Part shown: positions 1 through 10,513 of the stretch, one piece after another | Layout: every line of letters starts with the position of its first letter | Numbering within the stretch: the stretch's first letter is position 1 | Source: Calditrichota bacterium | GTDB taxonomy: Bacteria > Calditrichota > Calditrichia > Calditrichales > J004 | Direction: 5' to 3' | DNA length: 64,000 bases | Assembly: GCA_024277115.1 (NCBI GenBank) | Contig: JAJRVW010000044.1 | Span: 5,208-69,207 of the forward strand | Position numbers and translations under genes: made by a program | Notes under the pieces: model-generated | The model's input: only the letters and a program-made list of their open reading frames with translations | What the model was told of the DNA's origin: nothing | Database searches by the model: none

Positions 1-387
1 TGGTTGAGAGTTCCAGTTATTAGGCGCGTCGCTCACCAAAATATTTTCCCCGCCTTTATTGCCTTCTGCATCAAAAAACTGGGCGTAAATTTCTTTCCGT
101 CCATCACGCTCATCAATCCAGGCAATAAGGGAAACCCCGGCATTATTTGTTGCAATGCCCGGCCAGTACTGATTGGCGCCATATTCTCCACACCCGGCAT
201 TAACCAAAAACTCATCTTTTACATAATCAAATCTATTGGTATCCGAAGCCGAGAAGGCAAAAGAATTATCCAGTCCGCTTAATTCAAAACCGGGATTTAT
301 GCTGTCGTTTCCTATTTGGCCAAACACCTCAACAAAACAGCTAAATGATAAAACCCCGATGAAGACAATCTTAGAAAAAGTTTTCAT
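1..387 (-). CDS. N-terminal part of a secreted hypothetical protein (gene runs off the left edge of the window)
   Basis: The minus-strand frame from the ATG at 387-385 stays open to position 1. It reads MKTFSKIVFIGVLSFSCFVEVFGQIGNDS..., a signal-peptide-like N-terminus. An AGGGG RBS lies upstream, and the start is 8 nt after the stop of the upstream OMP gene. It is absent from the ORF track because it is partial. Confidence 0.5.
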   Translation of the reverse strand, partial: MKTFSKIVFIGVLSFSCFVEVFGQIGNDSINPGFELSGLDNSFAFSASDTNRFDYVKDEFLVNAGCGEYGANQYWPGIATNNAGVSLIAWIDERDGRKEIYAQFFDAEGNKGGENILVSDAPNNWNSQP

Positions 388-395
388 TTTTGCCC

Positions 396-1475
396 CTAAA
401 AATAAAAATTAAGGCCAAAGCCAATATGTGTGTTTATTTCATCCGATTCATATTTCACGGTCCTTTTAATCTCACGATATTCGTTTAGCTCTGTTTGTTT
501 GCGGTTGGCGCTGATGGATGCATAATAAAAACGGATGCTGGAATGCACTGAAAGGGATTTATTAAAATAATATTCTGCCCCAAATCCGAGCTGTAGTAAA
601 AATGGGGAGTTAAGCTCTTCAAGAAACCGATCAAAATTATCGGTTTCTTTTCTTTCATCATTTATGGGATCATCCTTAAATAATTCTTTGTTTTTATTTT
701 CAACAAAAGCAAGCTTCTTGCCTATTCCGGCGGACAGATAGATGCGGGTTTGGCGAGGGAAAAAATCAGTAAAATAATATTTCAGACCCGTTTCGATGGT
801 AAATATTTTTAGAGAACTTAGTTGATCTTTCCCGGAATCGGCCTGCCCGATAGGATCAAAATCAACCCGGTGATTTTCGGAACGTGTTTTTGTTGTAGAT
901 GCGTTGTAGGCCACATTAAAAATAAGGTACATTTTATCTATCAGCTTTGTGGCAAATTGTGATTCTACAATTGTAGAAAACTCGTCAATAATAGTATATT
1001 CGGATTCGTTGTAATAACTTCTCAGCAGGGTAACCCGTTTGCCCTGGACGAGCGGTGAGTAAAAAAAACCAAAAGAGTTATTCGACCCAACCTCATCAAA
1101 AAAAGATATACTGTCCCCTTCCGTTTTTGGTGTTTTAGCGGCAGGGATGGCAGCAAGGGAATCCATACGGTTTAGCTCGAAATAAATTTTATTACGCTCA
1201 TTGATATAATCCTGCACAGGCCCAAGAGCCGTTGTAAAGCCATCTTCCCGATTATAAACAGTACCAAAGCTTTCAACCATAATTGATTTTGCTATTCGCA
1301 TAGAAAAAATGGTTTGTTGATTGGCGCCATAAACCAACTTAAAGCCATCCGGGCTGATTTGAAGGATCCTGCACGGGTAAACTTTACTGTGATGGGCAAT
1401 AATAGTATCAGGATAGCTTTTTCCCTGGGCGAGCGTTATGATCGGGATTAAAGCAAACAACAATAATCTTTTCAT
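396..1475 (-). CDS. Hypothetical outer-membrane beta-barrel protein
   Basis: I prefer the internal start MKRLLLFALIPIITLAQG (signal peptide), which is preceded by AAGGAG. The sequence shows alternating amphipathic pattern and ends in ...HIGFGLNFYF, a C-terminal aromatic residue typical of OMPs. Confidence 0.55.
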   Translation of the reverse strand: MKRLLLFALIPIITLAQGKSYPDTIIAHHSKVYPCRILQISPDGFKLVYGANQQTIFSMRIAKSIMVESFGTVYNREDGFTTALGPVQDYINERNKIYFELNRMDSLAAIPAAKTPKTEGDSISFFDEVGSNNSFGFFYSPLVQGKRVTLLRSYYNESEYTIIDEFSTIVESQFATKLIDKMYLIFNVAYNASTTKTRSENHRVDFDPIGQADSGKDQLSSLKIFTIETGLKYYFTDFFPRQTRIYLSAGIGKKLAFVENKNKELFKDDPINDERKETDNFDRFLEELNSPFLLQLGFGAEYYFNKSLSVHSSIRFYYASISANRKQTELNEYREIKRTVKYESDEINTHIGFGLNFYF

Positions 1476-1822
1476 TACAGGACTCCTTGAAATTGGATTG
1501 GACAGGAATGTTTTCTTCAAATAGTTTTTTTTGGATTTGAAGCACAAGTTACAACAGTTAATATCTGAAATAAAGGAAAATATTAATCCGTTTATTTAAT
1601 TTTTATAAACGTATTTATTTAAGCATAAAGAATGCCAATTATAAGAAGAAGTAAAAATGTTAGCTATAAATTGGGGAAAAGTAAGATATATAGGTGGCTT
1701 AAGACAATTTGGACAAGGGCGGCTGTTCACCGACCGTAAAGCGGGAGTATATAAATTGTAAACACCGTTTGCTTTTAACCGATAAGCCGGTTTACACTCT
1801 TCTCTAAGAAAAGAACATTTTT

Positions 1823-2500
1823 TTAATCAAAAATAAACTTTTCCATTAAACCAAAACTGTCCCGTGGGATTATATGGCCGGCATCGTAAATTTCCACCTG
1901 GGCCGAGCGGCATTTGGGTTTCAGTTTTTCCGCATTTTCCCGGATGCGTTTGGCCGGGTAGATCAGGTCTTTTTTACAACCGATGTAAAGGATGTCGGTT
2001 TGCGGTGCTGCATATTTTTCTTCGTCCAGCCAATCACCGGGCAGGCCGCCGGAAATGGCGATCAGCTTGTCAATTTTACGGTGCCGTGAAAAAACATATC
2101 TAAAATTGAGCGCCACAGATTGCGAAAAACCCAGCAAAACAATCTTGCTAAAGTTTATGTTTTTAGTGTGGCTCAAGTCCGAAATCACCTGATCGACAGC
2201 AGAGTGGTGAAGCGCGATGGCCTCGGTAGCGTTGAAAGAGGTAATCCAGCCAAAGCCATATTTGATGGGACGGCCGGGGATTACGGGCGGCACAATATGC
2301 GGGAATGGCGCCTGCAGGCTGGCAATAATACACGGCGCTTTAAGATGGCCTTTCAACAAATCCATCATTATTTCTTTGTTTTCGCCATAACCATGCAGGG
2401 CAATCAACAATGGCAACGGGCCAGCGGAGGCCGGTTGGTATAAGTCGTAAAAGAAGGAAATCTCCTTTTTAAAGGTGATTGTTTTATGTTGGGCAGCCAT
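1823..2500 (-). CDS. Alpha/beta hydrolase (phospholipase/carboxylesterase-type esterase)
   Basis: Contains LHGYGEN, the nucleophile elbow GFSQS, and later Asp and AGH that fit a triad. Its start overlaps the upstream stop (TAATG), suggesting translational coupling. Confidence 0.75.
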   Translation of the reverse strand: MAAQHKTITFKKEISFFYDLYQPASAGPLPLLIALHGYGENKEIMMDLLKGHLKAPCIIASLQAPFPHIVPPVIPGRPIKYGFGWITSFNATEAIALHHSAVDQVISDLSHTKNINFSKIVLLGFSQSVALNFRYVFSRHRKIDKLIAISGGLPGDWLDEEKYAAPQTDILYIGCKKDLIYPAKRIRENAEKLKPKCRSAQVEIYDAGHIIPRDSFGLMEKFIFD

Positions 2501-3801
2501 TAATCTTGCCCGGCCATGCTGCTTGCCGTATACGGTTTTGAGATCAATTCCTCAAAGATTTCCCAGCGTTTCGCGGGATGATCGGCCGTGCCGCCCAACC
2601 TTTTTATATATGCGGCAACCAAATCCTTCCCCAGATTATAATTGATTACATAACTGCGATACTGCTCAATAAACCGCGTTCTTTGCTGCGCCCTGCCCGG
2701 CGCCATCAACAGATATTTTTCCAATAATTTTGCAGCCCGCTCACTGTCAATTTCCCCATTTAATAATTTTCGGGCCACCTCATTTCCGGCATAATCCAGC
2801 TTTGCTTTTATATCCTGGATGGCATAATATTGCCCGGTTTTTTCAGGATCAAATCCTGCCAGCGGGAAGAGGACATCCTTTTCGTATTGTATTTTTTCTT
2901 CTCCGGGAAACGCAACCCGAATCCCATAATTGGCGCTACCTTCGGCGATAAGTGATGTCGGGCTAAATAGCGGATAAACGGTGAATTCCTTCCAGTCTCT
3001 TCCATTTACCAGGTTTTGCTCCAACAGCACATTTAACACATGATGTCCGGGATAACCTTCGTGGCCGGCCAAGTCCAGGGCGCGTTCGATAAAAATGGGC
3101 GAATCTGTATTTATCTGGATCAGGCTTTGGTATTTTCCCTGGTAATAATTATAGCCCGACCAGCTTTTACCGGTCACAAATTCCAGCACAAAATTTTCTT
3201 CCGGCGGCAGGTTGTAGTGGCTGATTGTCCTTTTGCGGGCTTCGGCAATGGCCGTTTTAAATACGATGTCCAGCTTATCTTTAGGAATGATAAAATTTTT
3301 GGCGTAGGCGTTAAACCGCTTGGAAAGATCACCTTTTCCGGGCAGGGAACTGTCCAAATCCATCAATAACTTGTCAAAATGCCCGAGAGGAAAATGGGGT
3401 GGGCGCGTGTCATAAAGCAGTTGTGCCTCTTCATCAAAAGTGAAGGACTTTCCGGCCATCATCTCCACTTTTGTTTTCACGGCCAGCAGCTGTTTTTGCA
3501 TTAGGCTTAACCGCAGCTTTTCGATTTGCTCAAACCCGCTTGTATCTACTTTTCCACACTGTAAAATAAGATCGGCAGCCCGGTTAATAAAACTTTTGGC
3601 CGGCAGGGAATCCAGTTTTGCAGCTTGTGGTTTCCATTCTTGCGGTCCATAATAGGCATCCACAAAATCGCCATCATACTGCCCAATTTCCAGTACGAGA
3701 CGTACGTAATATTCCGTGATGGAATCCAGGGAAGGGCTTTTAGGCTGTAATGTACAAAAGGTTAAAAAAACTGCTGCAAGGAGGGTAAAAAAAGATTTCA
3801 T
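2500..3801 (-). CDS. DUF885-like putative metallopeptidase-fold lipoprotein
   Basis: Signal/lipobox-like N-terminus MKSFFTLLAAVFLTFCT. The HEGYPGHH motif resembles the DUF885 HExxPGHH signature. Confidence 0.55.
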   Translation of the reverse strand: MKSFFTLLAAVFLTFCTLQPKSPSLDSITEYYVRLVLEIGQYDGDFVDAYYGPQEWKPQAAKLDSLPAKSFINRAADLILQCGKVDTSGFEQIEKLRLSLMQKQLLAVKTKVEMMAGKSFTFDEEAQLLYDTRPPHFPLGHFDKLLMDLDSSLPGKGDLSKRFNAYAKNFIIPKDKLDIVFKTAIAEARKRTISHYNLPPEENFVLEFVTGKSWSGYNYYQGKYQSLIQINTDSPIFIERALDLAGHEGYPGHHVLNVLLEQNLVNGRDWKEFTVYPLFSPTSLIAEGSANYGIRVAFPGEEKIQYEKDVLFPLAGFDPEKTGQYYAIQDIKAKLDYAGNEVARKLLNGEIDSERAAKLLEKYLLMAPGRAQQRTRFIEQYRSYVINYNLGKDLVAAYIKRLGGTADHPAKRWEIFEELISKPYTASSMAGQD

Positions 3802-3878
3802 AATAGGCCTGATTTTTAGTGAGTTTATTTAATCAGGCAAATGTAATATCTGAGATTTTTTAACACAACAAGTTTCTA

Positions 3879-3914
3879 AAAGAACCCGGCACAAACAAAT
3901 ATCTGTGCCGGGTT
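3879..3914 (-). terminator. Rho-independent terminator after the SnoaL-like gene
   Basis: Perfect 11-bp stem AACCCGGCACA / TGTGCCGGGTT, followed on the minus strand by CTTTT. Confidence 0.6.
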
Positions 3915-3930
3915 GATAAGGTATGAATTT

Positions 3931-4419
3931 TTAATGCTTCAGCGGGGCTGTTGTATTAAACATATAGCGGGCGATTTTCCACTCGTCGTTTAGTTTTTGC
4001 ATCACAAATAATTCGCGGTGCCGTGCCCCTTCAATAATTGCCCCGTTGGCCACTATTTTTACATCCCCAAGTGACGAGGTTCGCACAATGGCCATGTTGT
4101 TTTCTATTATAAGTTCATCAATAGTAAAACCCATATTTATAAAGGCCAGGGTCTTGAAGACCTGCTCGTAAGCGGCCTTTAGTTGTTCCTGCCCCGTGGC
4201 AGTTGGCGCTTCTTTTGGCATAAAAACACCATCTGCGCCGTACTGGGCCAAGGCCTGTGGCACGCTTGAATTATTTAAGGCCTTAAAATAATTATCCAAA
4301 ACGCTTTCGATCCGTTTACTCTCCACGTTGCTCATAATCCCTCCGCTGTTTGGGTTGATAGGTTCCTGGCCATATACTAAAGTAGTGGCCAGGATTAAAA
4401 TTATAATTATCCTGCGCAT
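3931..4419 (-). CDS. Secreted NTF2-like (SnoaL/DUF4440-type) protein
   Basis: Start MRRIIIILILATTLVYGQ is preceded by GGAGAAAAG. The size and the ...WKIARYMFN C-terminus fit the NTF2-like fold. Confidence 0.55.
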   Translation of the reverse strand: MRRIIIILILATTLVYGQEPINPNSGGIMSNVESKRIESVLDNYFKALNNSSVPQALAQYGADGVFMPKEAPTATGQEQLKAAYEQVFKTLAFINMGFTIDELIIENNMAIVRTSSLGDVKIVANGAIIEGARHRELFVMQKLNDEWKIARYMFNTTAPLKH

Positions 4420-4649
4420 CTTTTCTCCTTTCATTTGATTTGATGGATTAATTATACGAAGCGGGTAAAAGGTGGCCAATAAACAATCGTAAGAAATAAT
4501 CTTAAACTATCTTAAGCTGATTTATTTTGTGCCTGTGCATAAACTCTCACGCATTTGTCATTCCCGGCCTTCTTTAGAGCAGAATCTCAGCGGTGTGTCG
4601 CAAACCCTTCAATTACGGATTTAAAATGCTTCAACTCTATGGACAGATA

Positions 4650-5144
4650 CTATTTAGTTGACAGTTCCCTGCGAATCGAGCTAAGAAATTCGGGGGTTAT
4701 TCCCAGGTAGGATGCGATTTGTTTATTGGGGATTCGGTTGGCGAGAAGCGGGTACGCATCCAGAAACGATAAATATCTTTCCTTGGCGCTGGCGCTTATG
4801 TTTTGCAAAACCCGGTTTTGAAGCTGTATAAATTTATTTTCGATAATTACCCGAAAGTTTCGATCGAATTTGGGATAGTTCACATAAAAATATAACAGCT
4901 CTTTTTTCTCGATCTGAACAATGGTAGATGGCTCAATGGCCTCAATAAAAAGGCTGCTTGGTTTTTCCGAGTGAAAACTTGCAATATCCGTAATCCAGTC
5001 ATTTTCCACGGCAAATTGAATAGTATGCTCCGCCCCTTTACCATCGATACTAAACATCTTAAAACAGCCGTTGACCACAAAATTATAATGGCGGCATATC
5101 GCGCCTTCTTCAAGGATATATTTCCCACGCCTGATTTCCTTCAC
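4650..5144 (-). CDS. Crp/Fnr-family transcriptional regulator (cNMP-binding domain plus C-terminal HTH)
   Basis: RGKYILEEGAIC...FVVNGCFKMF is a cNMP-binding beta-roll and QIASYLGITPEFLSSIRREL is an HTH. It uses a GTG start and seems about 25 aa shorter at the N-terminus than typical family members. Confidence 0.7.
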   Translation of the reverse strand: MKEIRRGKYILEEGAICRHYNFVVNGCFKMFSIDGKGAEHTIQFAVENDWITDIASFHSEKPSSLFIEAIEPSTIVQIEKKELLYFYVNYPKFDRNFRVIIENKFIQLQNRVLQNISASAKERYLSFLDAYPLLANRIPNKQIASYLGITPEFLSSIRRELSTK

Positions 5145-5537
5145 ACTTGTTCTTTTAACGAGCTCTTACTTTTCCTCGCTGTTTAAGGGCAGGTAAGCTG
5201 TAAAATGTAAAATCAGTGATTGTAGCGCTGAGGTCATGGATAAGGTCTTTGAAAAAGTACAATTAGCCGGACAAATTATTAGTACAAAATATACCCTGCC
5301 AAAAACAGAAAACCAAATACCACTTTTATGTGGTTTGGGATTTGTTTACAAAGCAAAATATTTGAACTTTATCGGCAGCCAATCATTTAGTATTTTTCCA
5401 ATATCAAAATATTTTTTAAATGAAATACGGCATATCGAGATTATAATTTCAGCATTCCATTTTTTAAAACTGAAGGATTCTGAAATAAATTCAGAATGAC
5501 GCAAAAAGCGTGGACACATTATTTTCGGAGAAAAATT

Positions 5538-8354
5538 ATGTTAGCAAAATTAATGGTTTTACTATTATTAATCCCCATCTTTATAACGGCCCAGGCGCCG
5601 ATCGATCTAAAACTTGATGATACCCTGCCACAGGATGAAAATGTTATCACCGGAAAACTGGAAAACGGCCTGCGCTATTTTATCCGTAAAAATGGCGAGC
5701 CGCAAAAACGTGCCGAGTTGCGCCTTGTTATAAAAACCGGCTCCATCATGGAGGATGACGACCAAAGGGGCTTGGCGCATTTTACCGAGCACATGGCCTT
5801 TAACGGTACCAAAAATTTTCATAAACAGGCGCTGGTCAGTTTTCTGGAAAAATCGGGTATGCGTTTTGGGGCGGATGTAAATGCTTACACCAGTTTTGAT
5901 GAAACCGTTTATATGCTGCAATTGCCGACCGATTCTGTCCATATTTTTGAAACCGGTTTTCAGGTATTGGAAGACTGGGCGCACAACCTGAGCTTCGATC
6001 CCGAAGAGATTGAAAAAGAACGTGGCGTGGTGATTGAGGAGTGGCGCATTGGGCAAGGGGCAGGCAGCCGTATCCGTGATAAGCAATTCCCGATACTTTT
6101 TAATAATTCCAAATATGCTGAACGCCTGCCTATCGGGAAAAAGGAAATCCTGGAAAATTTTAAGCACGAAACCCTGACCCGCTTTTACAAAGACTGGTAC
6201 CGTCCCGATTTGATGGCCGTGGTTGCCGTGGGCGATTTTGACACACAAAAAGTTGAAAGTTTGATAAAATCACATTTTGCCAAACTAAGCAATCCACATC
6301 CGGAAAAGCCACGGTTAAGCTTTCCCGTTCCCGGGCATGAAGAGACTCTTTTTGCCATCGCCACAGATCCTGAGCAACGGTTTTCGCGACTGGCTTTATA
6401 CACCAAAATTGATGTCAGTGAAAATAAAACAGTAGCCGATTATCGCCGGGAAATTGTTAAAGGGCTTTATTCCAGCATGTTAAACCAGCGACTCTCCGAA
6501 CTGACCCAAAAATCCGATCCGCCCTTTTTGGCCGCCTCCAGCGGGGAAAGCCGCATTGTAGATACACGGGCTTTTTATACCATGAACGCCGTTGTGAACG
6601 AGAATAAAATCGAGGCAGGCCTGGATGCGCTTTTAACTGAGGCCGAACGGGTTAAACTTTACGGGTTCACTAAAAGCGAACTGGAACGGGAGAAAAAATC
6701 CACCCTGCGTGGATTGGAGCAGGCCATGCGCGAGTACGACAAACGTAAATCCCGCCGTTTTGCCTCCGAATATATCCGCGCCTTTTTGGAGGACGAACCG
6801 TTTCCGGGCCTGGCTTATGAATTTGAGATTTATAAAAAATATATTCCGGGCATCACCCTGGAAGAGGTGAATAATGTGGGCGCCTTGTGGGCAAAAAACA
6901 GCGACCGTGTCGTGCTGATAAGCCTGCCTGAAAAAGAGGGCGTTATGGTTCCAAAAGAGGAATCCCTTTTGGCCGAAATTAATGCCGTAAAGCAGAAAAA
7001 AATCACACCCTATGCGGATGTTTCCCTTGATAAACCAATTGTTGAATTACCCGCCGGCGGATCAAAAATAGTCAAAGAAAAAGCTTTTAAAGATGTGGGC
7101 GTAACTGAGTGGGAATTGGCCAATGGTGTAAAAGTCGTATTAAAACCCACCGATTTTAAAAACGACCAGATTTTATTTTCGGCGAGCAGCCCCGGTGGCA
7201 GCTCGCTTATTGAAACCGATGACCTGATTGCCGGCGAGACAGCCGATGTTTTAATCCGGCGCAGTGGCGTGGGCAATTATAATTTTATTGGGCTGCAAAA
7301 ATATTTGGCCGATAAAGTGGCCGGGGTTTCGCCGTATATTGGCAGCATCAGCGAGGGTTTTTCCGGCAGCGCGTCACCGCAGGATTTAGAAATATTGCTG
7401 CAACTGACCTACGCCTATTTCACCCATCCGCGCATGGAAGAGGAAGCATTTTCCGCCTACACAAAGCGGATGGAAGCCATTCTTAAAAACAGGGACAGCA
7501 ATCCCGGCACCGCTTTTAACGATACACTGAGCGCCGTTTTGTCGCAACACAACCCACGCAGCAAGCCGATGGTTTTTGAAGATATTTCCAAAATGGACAT
7601 GCAATTATCCGAGCAAATTTTTAAACAACGCTTTGCCGATGGCAATGATTTTCGTTTTTTCTTTGTAGGCAACTTTACATTGGAGTCGATTAGGCCTTTG
7701 GTTGAAAAATATCTCGGCGCACTCCCCATAATAGAAACGCAGGAGACGTGGCAAGACCGGACCTTTGATTACCCCAAAGGGGTCCTGACACGAAAAGTTT
7801 ATAAAGGACTGGAACCCAAAAGCCAGGTTGCGCTTGTTTTTACCGGCGATGTAGACTGGAACCCCAAAGAGCAGTTTATCCTTTCTGCCCTTGCCGACGT
7901 TTTGCGTATTAAATTGCGAGAACACCTGCGTGAGGATAAAGGCGGCACCTATGGTGTGGGCGTACGTGCCAGCTATGCCCACTTCCCCAAAGAACGCTAT
8001 CGTTTAAGTATCTCTTTTGGCGCCAACCCGGAGCGTGTTGAAGAACTCAAAAAAGAAGTTTTTGTACAAATTGACAGTTTAAAAAATTTCGGTACCACGC
8101 AGGAATATCTGGATAAAGTCACTGAGATAAAATCCCGTAATTATGAGACCAACTTGCGGGAAAACCGTTTTTGGCTTGGCAAGATCGAGGCGGCCTATTT
8201 TCATAATCTGCCGCTGGAATCAATTTTGAATTATCCCAAGCTAATTGAGGGTCTGAGTTTACAGGACATCCAGGATGCGGCCAAAAAGTTTTTAGATACT
8301 CAAAATTATATCGATGTGGTTTTATACCCGGAGAACTGGGGAAAAGATAAATAA
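5538..8354 (+). CDS. Secreted M16-family (pitrilysin/insulinase) zinc peptidase, two-lobed
   Basis: Inverted zinc motif HFTEHMAFNG (HxxEH). A second inactive M16 lobe is present. Start MLAKLMVLLLLIPIFITAQA follows a GGAGA RBS. Confidence 0.85.
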   Translation: MLAKLMVLLLLIPIFITAQAPIDLKLDDTLPQDENVITGKLENGLRYFIRKNGEPQKRAELRLVIKTGSIMEDDDQRGLAHFTEHMAFNGTKNFHKQALVSFLEKSGMRFGADVNAYTSFDETVYMLQLPTDSVHIFETGFQVLEDWAHNLSFDPEEIEKERGVVIEEWRIGQGAGSRIRDKQFPILFNNSKYAERLPIGKKEILENFKHETLTRFYKDWYRPDLMAVVAVGDFDTQKVESLIKSHFAKLSNPHPEKPRLSFPVPGHEETLFAIATDPEQRFSRLALYTKIDVSENKTVADYRREIVKGLYSSMLNQRLSELTQKSDPPFLAASSGESRIVDTRAFYTMNAVVNENKIEAGLDALLTEAERVKLYGFTKSELEREKKSTLRGLEQAMREYDKRKSRRFASEYIRAFLEDEPFPGLAYEFEIYKKYIPGITLEEVNNVGALWAKNSDRVVLISLPEKEGVMVPKEESLLAEINAVKQKKITPYADVSLDKPIVELPAGGSKIVKEKAFKDVGVTEWELANGVKVVLKPTDFKNDQILFSASSPGGSSLIETDDLIAGETADVLIRRSGVGNYNFIGLQKYLADKVAGVSPYIGSISEGFSGSASPQDLEILLQLTYAYFTHPRMEEEAFSAYTKRMEAILKNRDSNPGTAFNDTLSAVLSQHNPRSKPMVFEDISKMDMQLSEQIFKQRFADGNDFRFFFVGNFTLESIRPLVEKYLGALPIIETQETWQDRTFDYPKGVLTRKVYKGLEPKSQVALVFTGDVDWNPKEQFILSALADVLRIKLREHLREDKGGTYGVGVRASYAHFPKERYRLSISFGANPERVEELKKEVFVQIDSLKNFGTTQEYLDKVTEIKSRNYETNLRENRFWLGKIEAAYFHNLPLESILNYPKLIEGLSLQDIQDAAKKFLDTQNYIDVVLYPENWGKDK

Positions 8355-8472
8355 TATTTCAGGCGGTTGATTTTAAAAATTTGTTTCGGTTTAAAAATTT
8401 TAATTACTGAAGCAGAGCTTCAAAACAAGGGCATTCACAAACAGAGTTTGTGAACGAGGGGGATAAAAAAAT

Positions 8473-9231
8473 TTATGCTTTCTTAAAAAAGGAAGCGATA
8501 CGTGTTTGCCATTCTTTGGTCGAAGCAAGGAAGGCAAAATTCTCCGCGCCGGTAAGGTTATACTTTTCTATCTCCACAAGCAGTTGTTGGTTGGTAATGC
8601 GCCGTGTCATTTGCAAGGCCATATCCGAGCTTTTTAAAATATTGCCCACCTCCTTTTCCAAGACCGCTTCAATTTGGGAAGATTTTATCAGCCTGTTGGC
8701 AAGGCGCAATTGCACAGCCTCGGCCGCATCAACTTTTCGTCCGGTCATCAACAAATCCCGGCTAACTCCAATCCCAACCAGGGCATTGAGCATAAAGGTG
8801 AGAGCGGGTGGCAATACAGCCCCAAGCCGCCCGGCAGGGAAAGCAATTTTTCCATTTTCTGTAATAATCCTCAAGTCGGCAGCCGAAGCCAGGGCAAAAC
8901 CACCACCAAATGCAAGACCATCAATAACAGCAATCAAGGGTTTAGGGAATTTTAAAATCCGCATCATGGTCTCGTCAAAAAGCATGGCAAAACTACGGGC
9001 TTCTTCGATAGAACTAAAACGATGGAGCGCTTCCAAATCCACGCCCGAACAAAAAGCTTGTTGTGTCCCGCTTTTTAAAACAACCAGGCGGCAATTTCCA
9101 TTTTCTTCTAAATCCTGAAAAGCCTTGCCCAGCTCTGTCAAAAAATCCCGATTGAGGGCATTAAATTTTTCCGGTCTATTTAAGATAAGGTCAAATCGGT
9201 TTTTATGAGTTTCAATTTTTAAATGCTTCAC
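8473..9231 (-). CDS. Enoyl-CoA hydratase/isomerase (crotonase) family protein
   Basis: NRPEKFNAL, FCSGVDL and AVIDGLAFGGGFALA are crotonase-fold signatures. Confidence 0.8.
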   Translation of the reverse strand: MKHLKIETHKNRFDLILNRPEKFNALNRDFLTELGKAFQDLEENGNCRLVVLKSGTQQAFCSGVDLEALHRFSSIEEARSFAMLFDETMMRILKFPKPLIAVIDGLAFGGGFALASAADLRIITENGKIAFPAGRLGAVLPPALTFMLNALVGIGVSRDLLMTGRKVDAAEAVQLRLANRLIKSSQIEAVLEKEVGNILKSSDMALQMTRRITNQQLLVEIEKYNLTGAENFAFLASTKEWQTRIASFFKKA

Positions 9232-9531
9232 TCTTTCCCCTGTTAAAAAATATTATTAATCCGGTTTTGGCGATTATGATCAAGATAATGAAAACGACCA
9301 GGAAAACTACCCCAATTAAAGTATGGTTAAAATATAAGCCATTTCCAACATTGTATAAAGACACATTTCCATACTCCGACAATTATATTATTCAAAAAAT
9401 GAAATACCCTCTTTACAACAATCGCATTCAAATTTCACTTTGTATAGAAACGGATACAAAAGAATGCAACAAATTTAGCAGGCAAAACCATTTCAGGATA
9501 ATAGTATCGTCTATAAATTATTGGCACAAAA

Positions 9532-10461
9532 ATGAATATTGAAGAATACACGCTCGCAATGGACACCCTTTTTACTAGCTATGAGCGGCAGGAAATTGAA
9601 AAATACGGCTTGGGGCACATTCTGGATAAAATTATTTACCAACATGGTGAGTTAATTGAAAAAAACTATCAATTGGAAAAGAAATTAGACTCTATTTATG
9701 AAGACCTGGGCAATGCCAACCTGGCACAAACCAACTTGTTGCCCAAATCAATAGATTTTACAAATATACTCGATTTCTCCGCCCGTTTTATCCCCTCACA
9801 ATATGTTTCCGGCGATACCTATAATGTGTTCCGTCTCGACGAGGATCATGTGGGGCTTTATCAAATTGATATTTCCGGGCATGGTGTGGCCGCGGCCCTG
9901 TTTAGCGTAAGCCTCTCACAGATGCTTAACGCAAATATCTCGGGCAAAGGTTTATTAAAAACGGTTCTAAAAGAAAAACCTTTTTACAAGATTAATTCGC
10001 CGGCAACCGTGTTGGCGCTGTTAAATGAGGAACGCTTTTTTGATCGCTATCAAATCTATTTTACGATGATTTATATGATAATAAATATTAAAACAGGGGC
10101 TGTACAATTTAGTCGCGCTGGCCACAACCCACCAATAATTTTACGGACCGATGGCTCAGTAGAGCACCCGCAGGCCGGCGGCTTGCCAATTGGCTGGGAT
10201 TTTGAACGTTCGGACCCGATTGTGCGCACTAAATTAAAAGAAGGCGACCGGATGTTTATTTATTCGGATGGAATTTGCGAAGCTCGTAATAAAAATAAAA
10301 CCTGGTATGGTGATATTCGTTTAAAAAATGTTATTAAAAAAAACCTGGCCAACTCACTCGATGAAACCCTCAACGATACAATCCGCGAGCTTTCTCAATT
10401 TACAGGCAATATAAATTTTGAAGATGACATTTCTATTTTAGGCTTTACCTATCTGGGGTAA
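9532..10461 (+). CDS. PP2C-family (SpoIIE/RsbU-type) serine phosphatase
   Basis: SGDTYNVF, DISGHGVAAALFS and YSDGICEA are typical SpoIIE-domain motifs. Confidence 0.75.
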   Translation: MNIEEYTLAMDTLFTSYERQEIEKYGLGHILDKIIYQHGELIEKNYQLEKKLDSIYEDLGNANLAQTNLLPKSIDFTNILDFSARFIPSQYVSGDTYNVFRLDEDHVGLYQIDISGHGVAAALFSVSLSQMLNANISGKGLLKTVLKEKPFYKINSPATVLALLNEERFFDRYQIYFTMIYMIINIKTGAVQFSRAGHNPPIILRTDGSVEHPQAGGLPIGWDFERSDPIVRTKLKEGDRMFIYSDGICEARNKNKTWYGDIRLKNVIKKNLANSLDETLNDTIRELSQFTGNINFEDDISILGFTYLG

Positions 10462-10480
10462 ACAAAGGTTAGATTAAATA

Positions 10481-10504
10481 AGCCCCGGGGAAATAGCCGG
10501 GGCT
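10481..10504. terminator. Hairpin between convergent genes (possible bidirectional terminator)
   Basis: AGCCCCGG-GGAAATAG-CCGGGGCT is a perfect 8-bp GC-rich stem between the stops at 10461 (+) and 10514 (-). Confidence 0.55.
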
Positions 10505-10513
10505 CACTTGTCA

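Noticed and set aside
4650-5144. The Crp/Fnr regulator looks N-terminally truncated (GTG start, with an in-frame TAA 8 codons upstream).
   Set aside because: The cNMP-binding core and HTH appear intact, and the length deficit is only ~25 aa. Without an alignment I cannot separate a genuinely short family member from a truncation.
5236-5499. 87-aa ORF in the Crp / M16 divergent intergenic region, and the 91-aa ORF at 9267-9542 upstream of the PP2C gene.
   Set aside because: Both are AT-rich with low-complexity translations, no RBS and no motifs. They occupy regions expected to hold divergent promoters. Not called.
5607-6248. Long antisense ORFs from the track that lie inside well-supported genes. 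Examples: 5607-6248, 8450-9118, 23059-23471, 24653-25078, 46478-46828, 47234-47548 and 57860-58223.
   Set aside because: Each lies entirely within, and antisense or out of frame to, a longer ORF with clear family motifs. Their translations are low-complexity or Arg/Ser/Pro-rich with no recognisable motifs or ribosome-binding sites.
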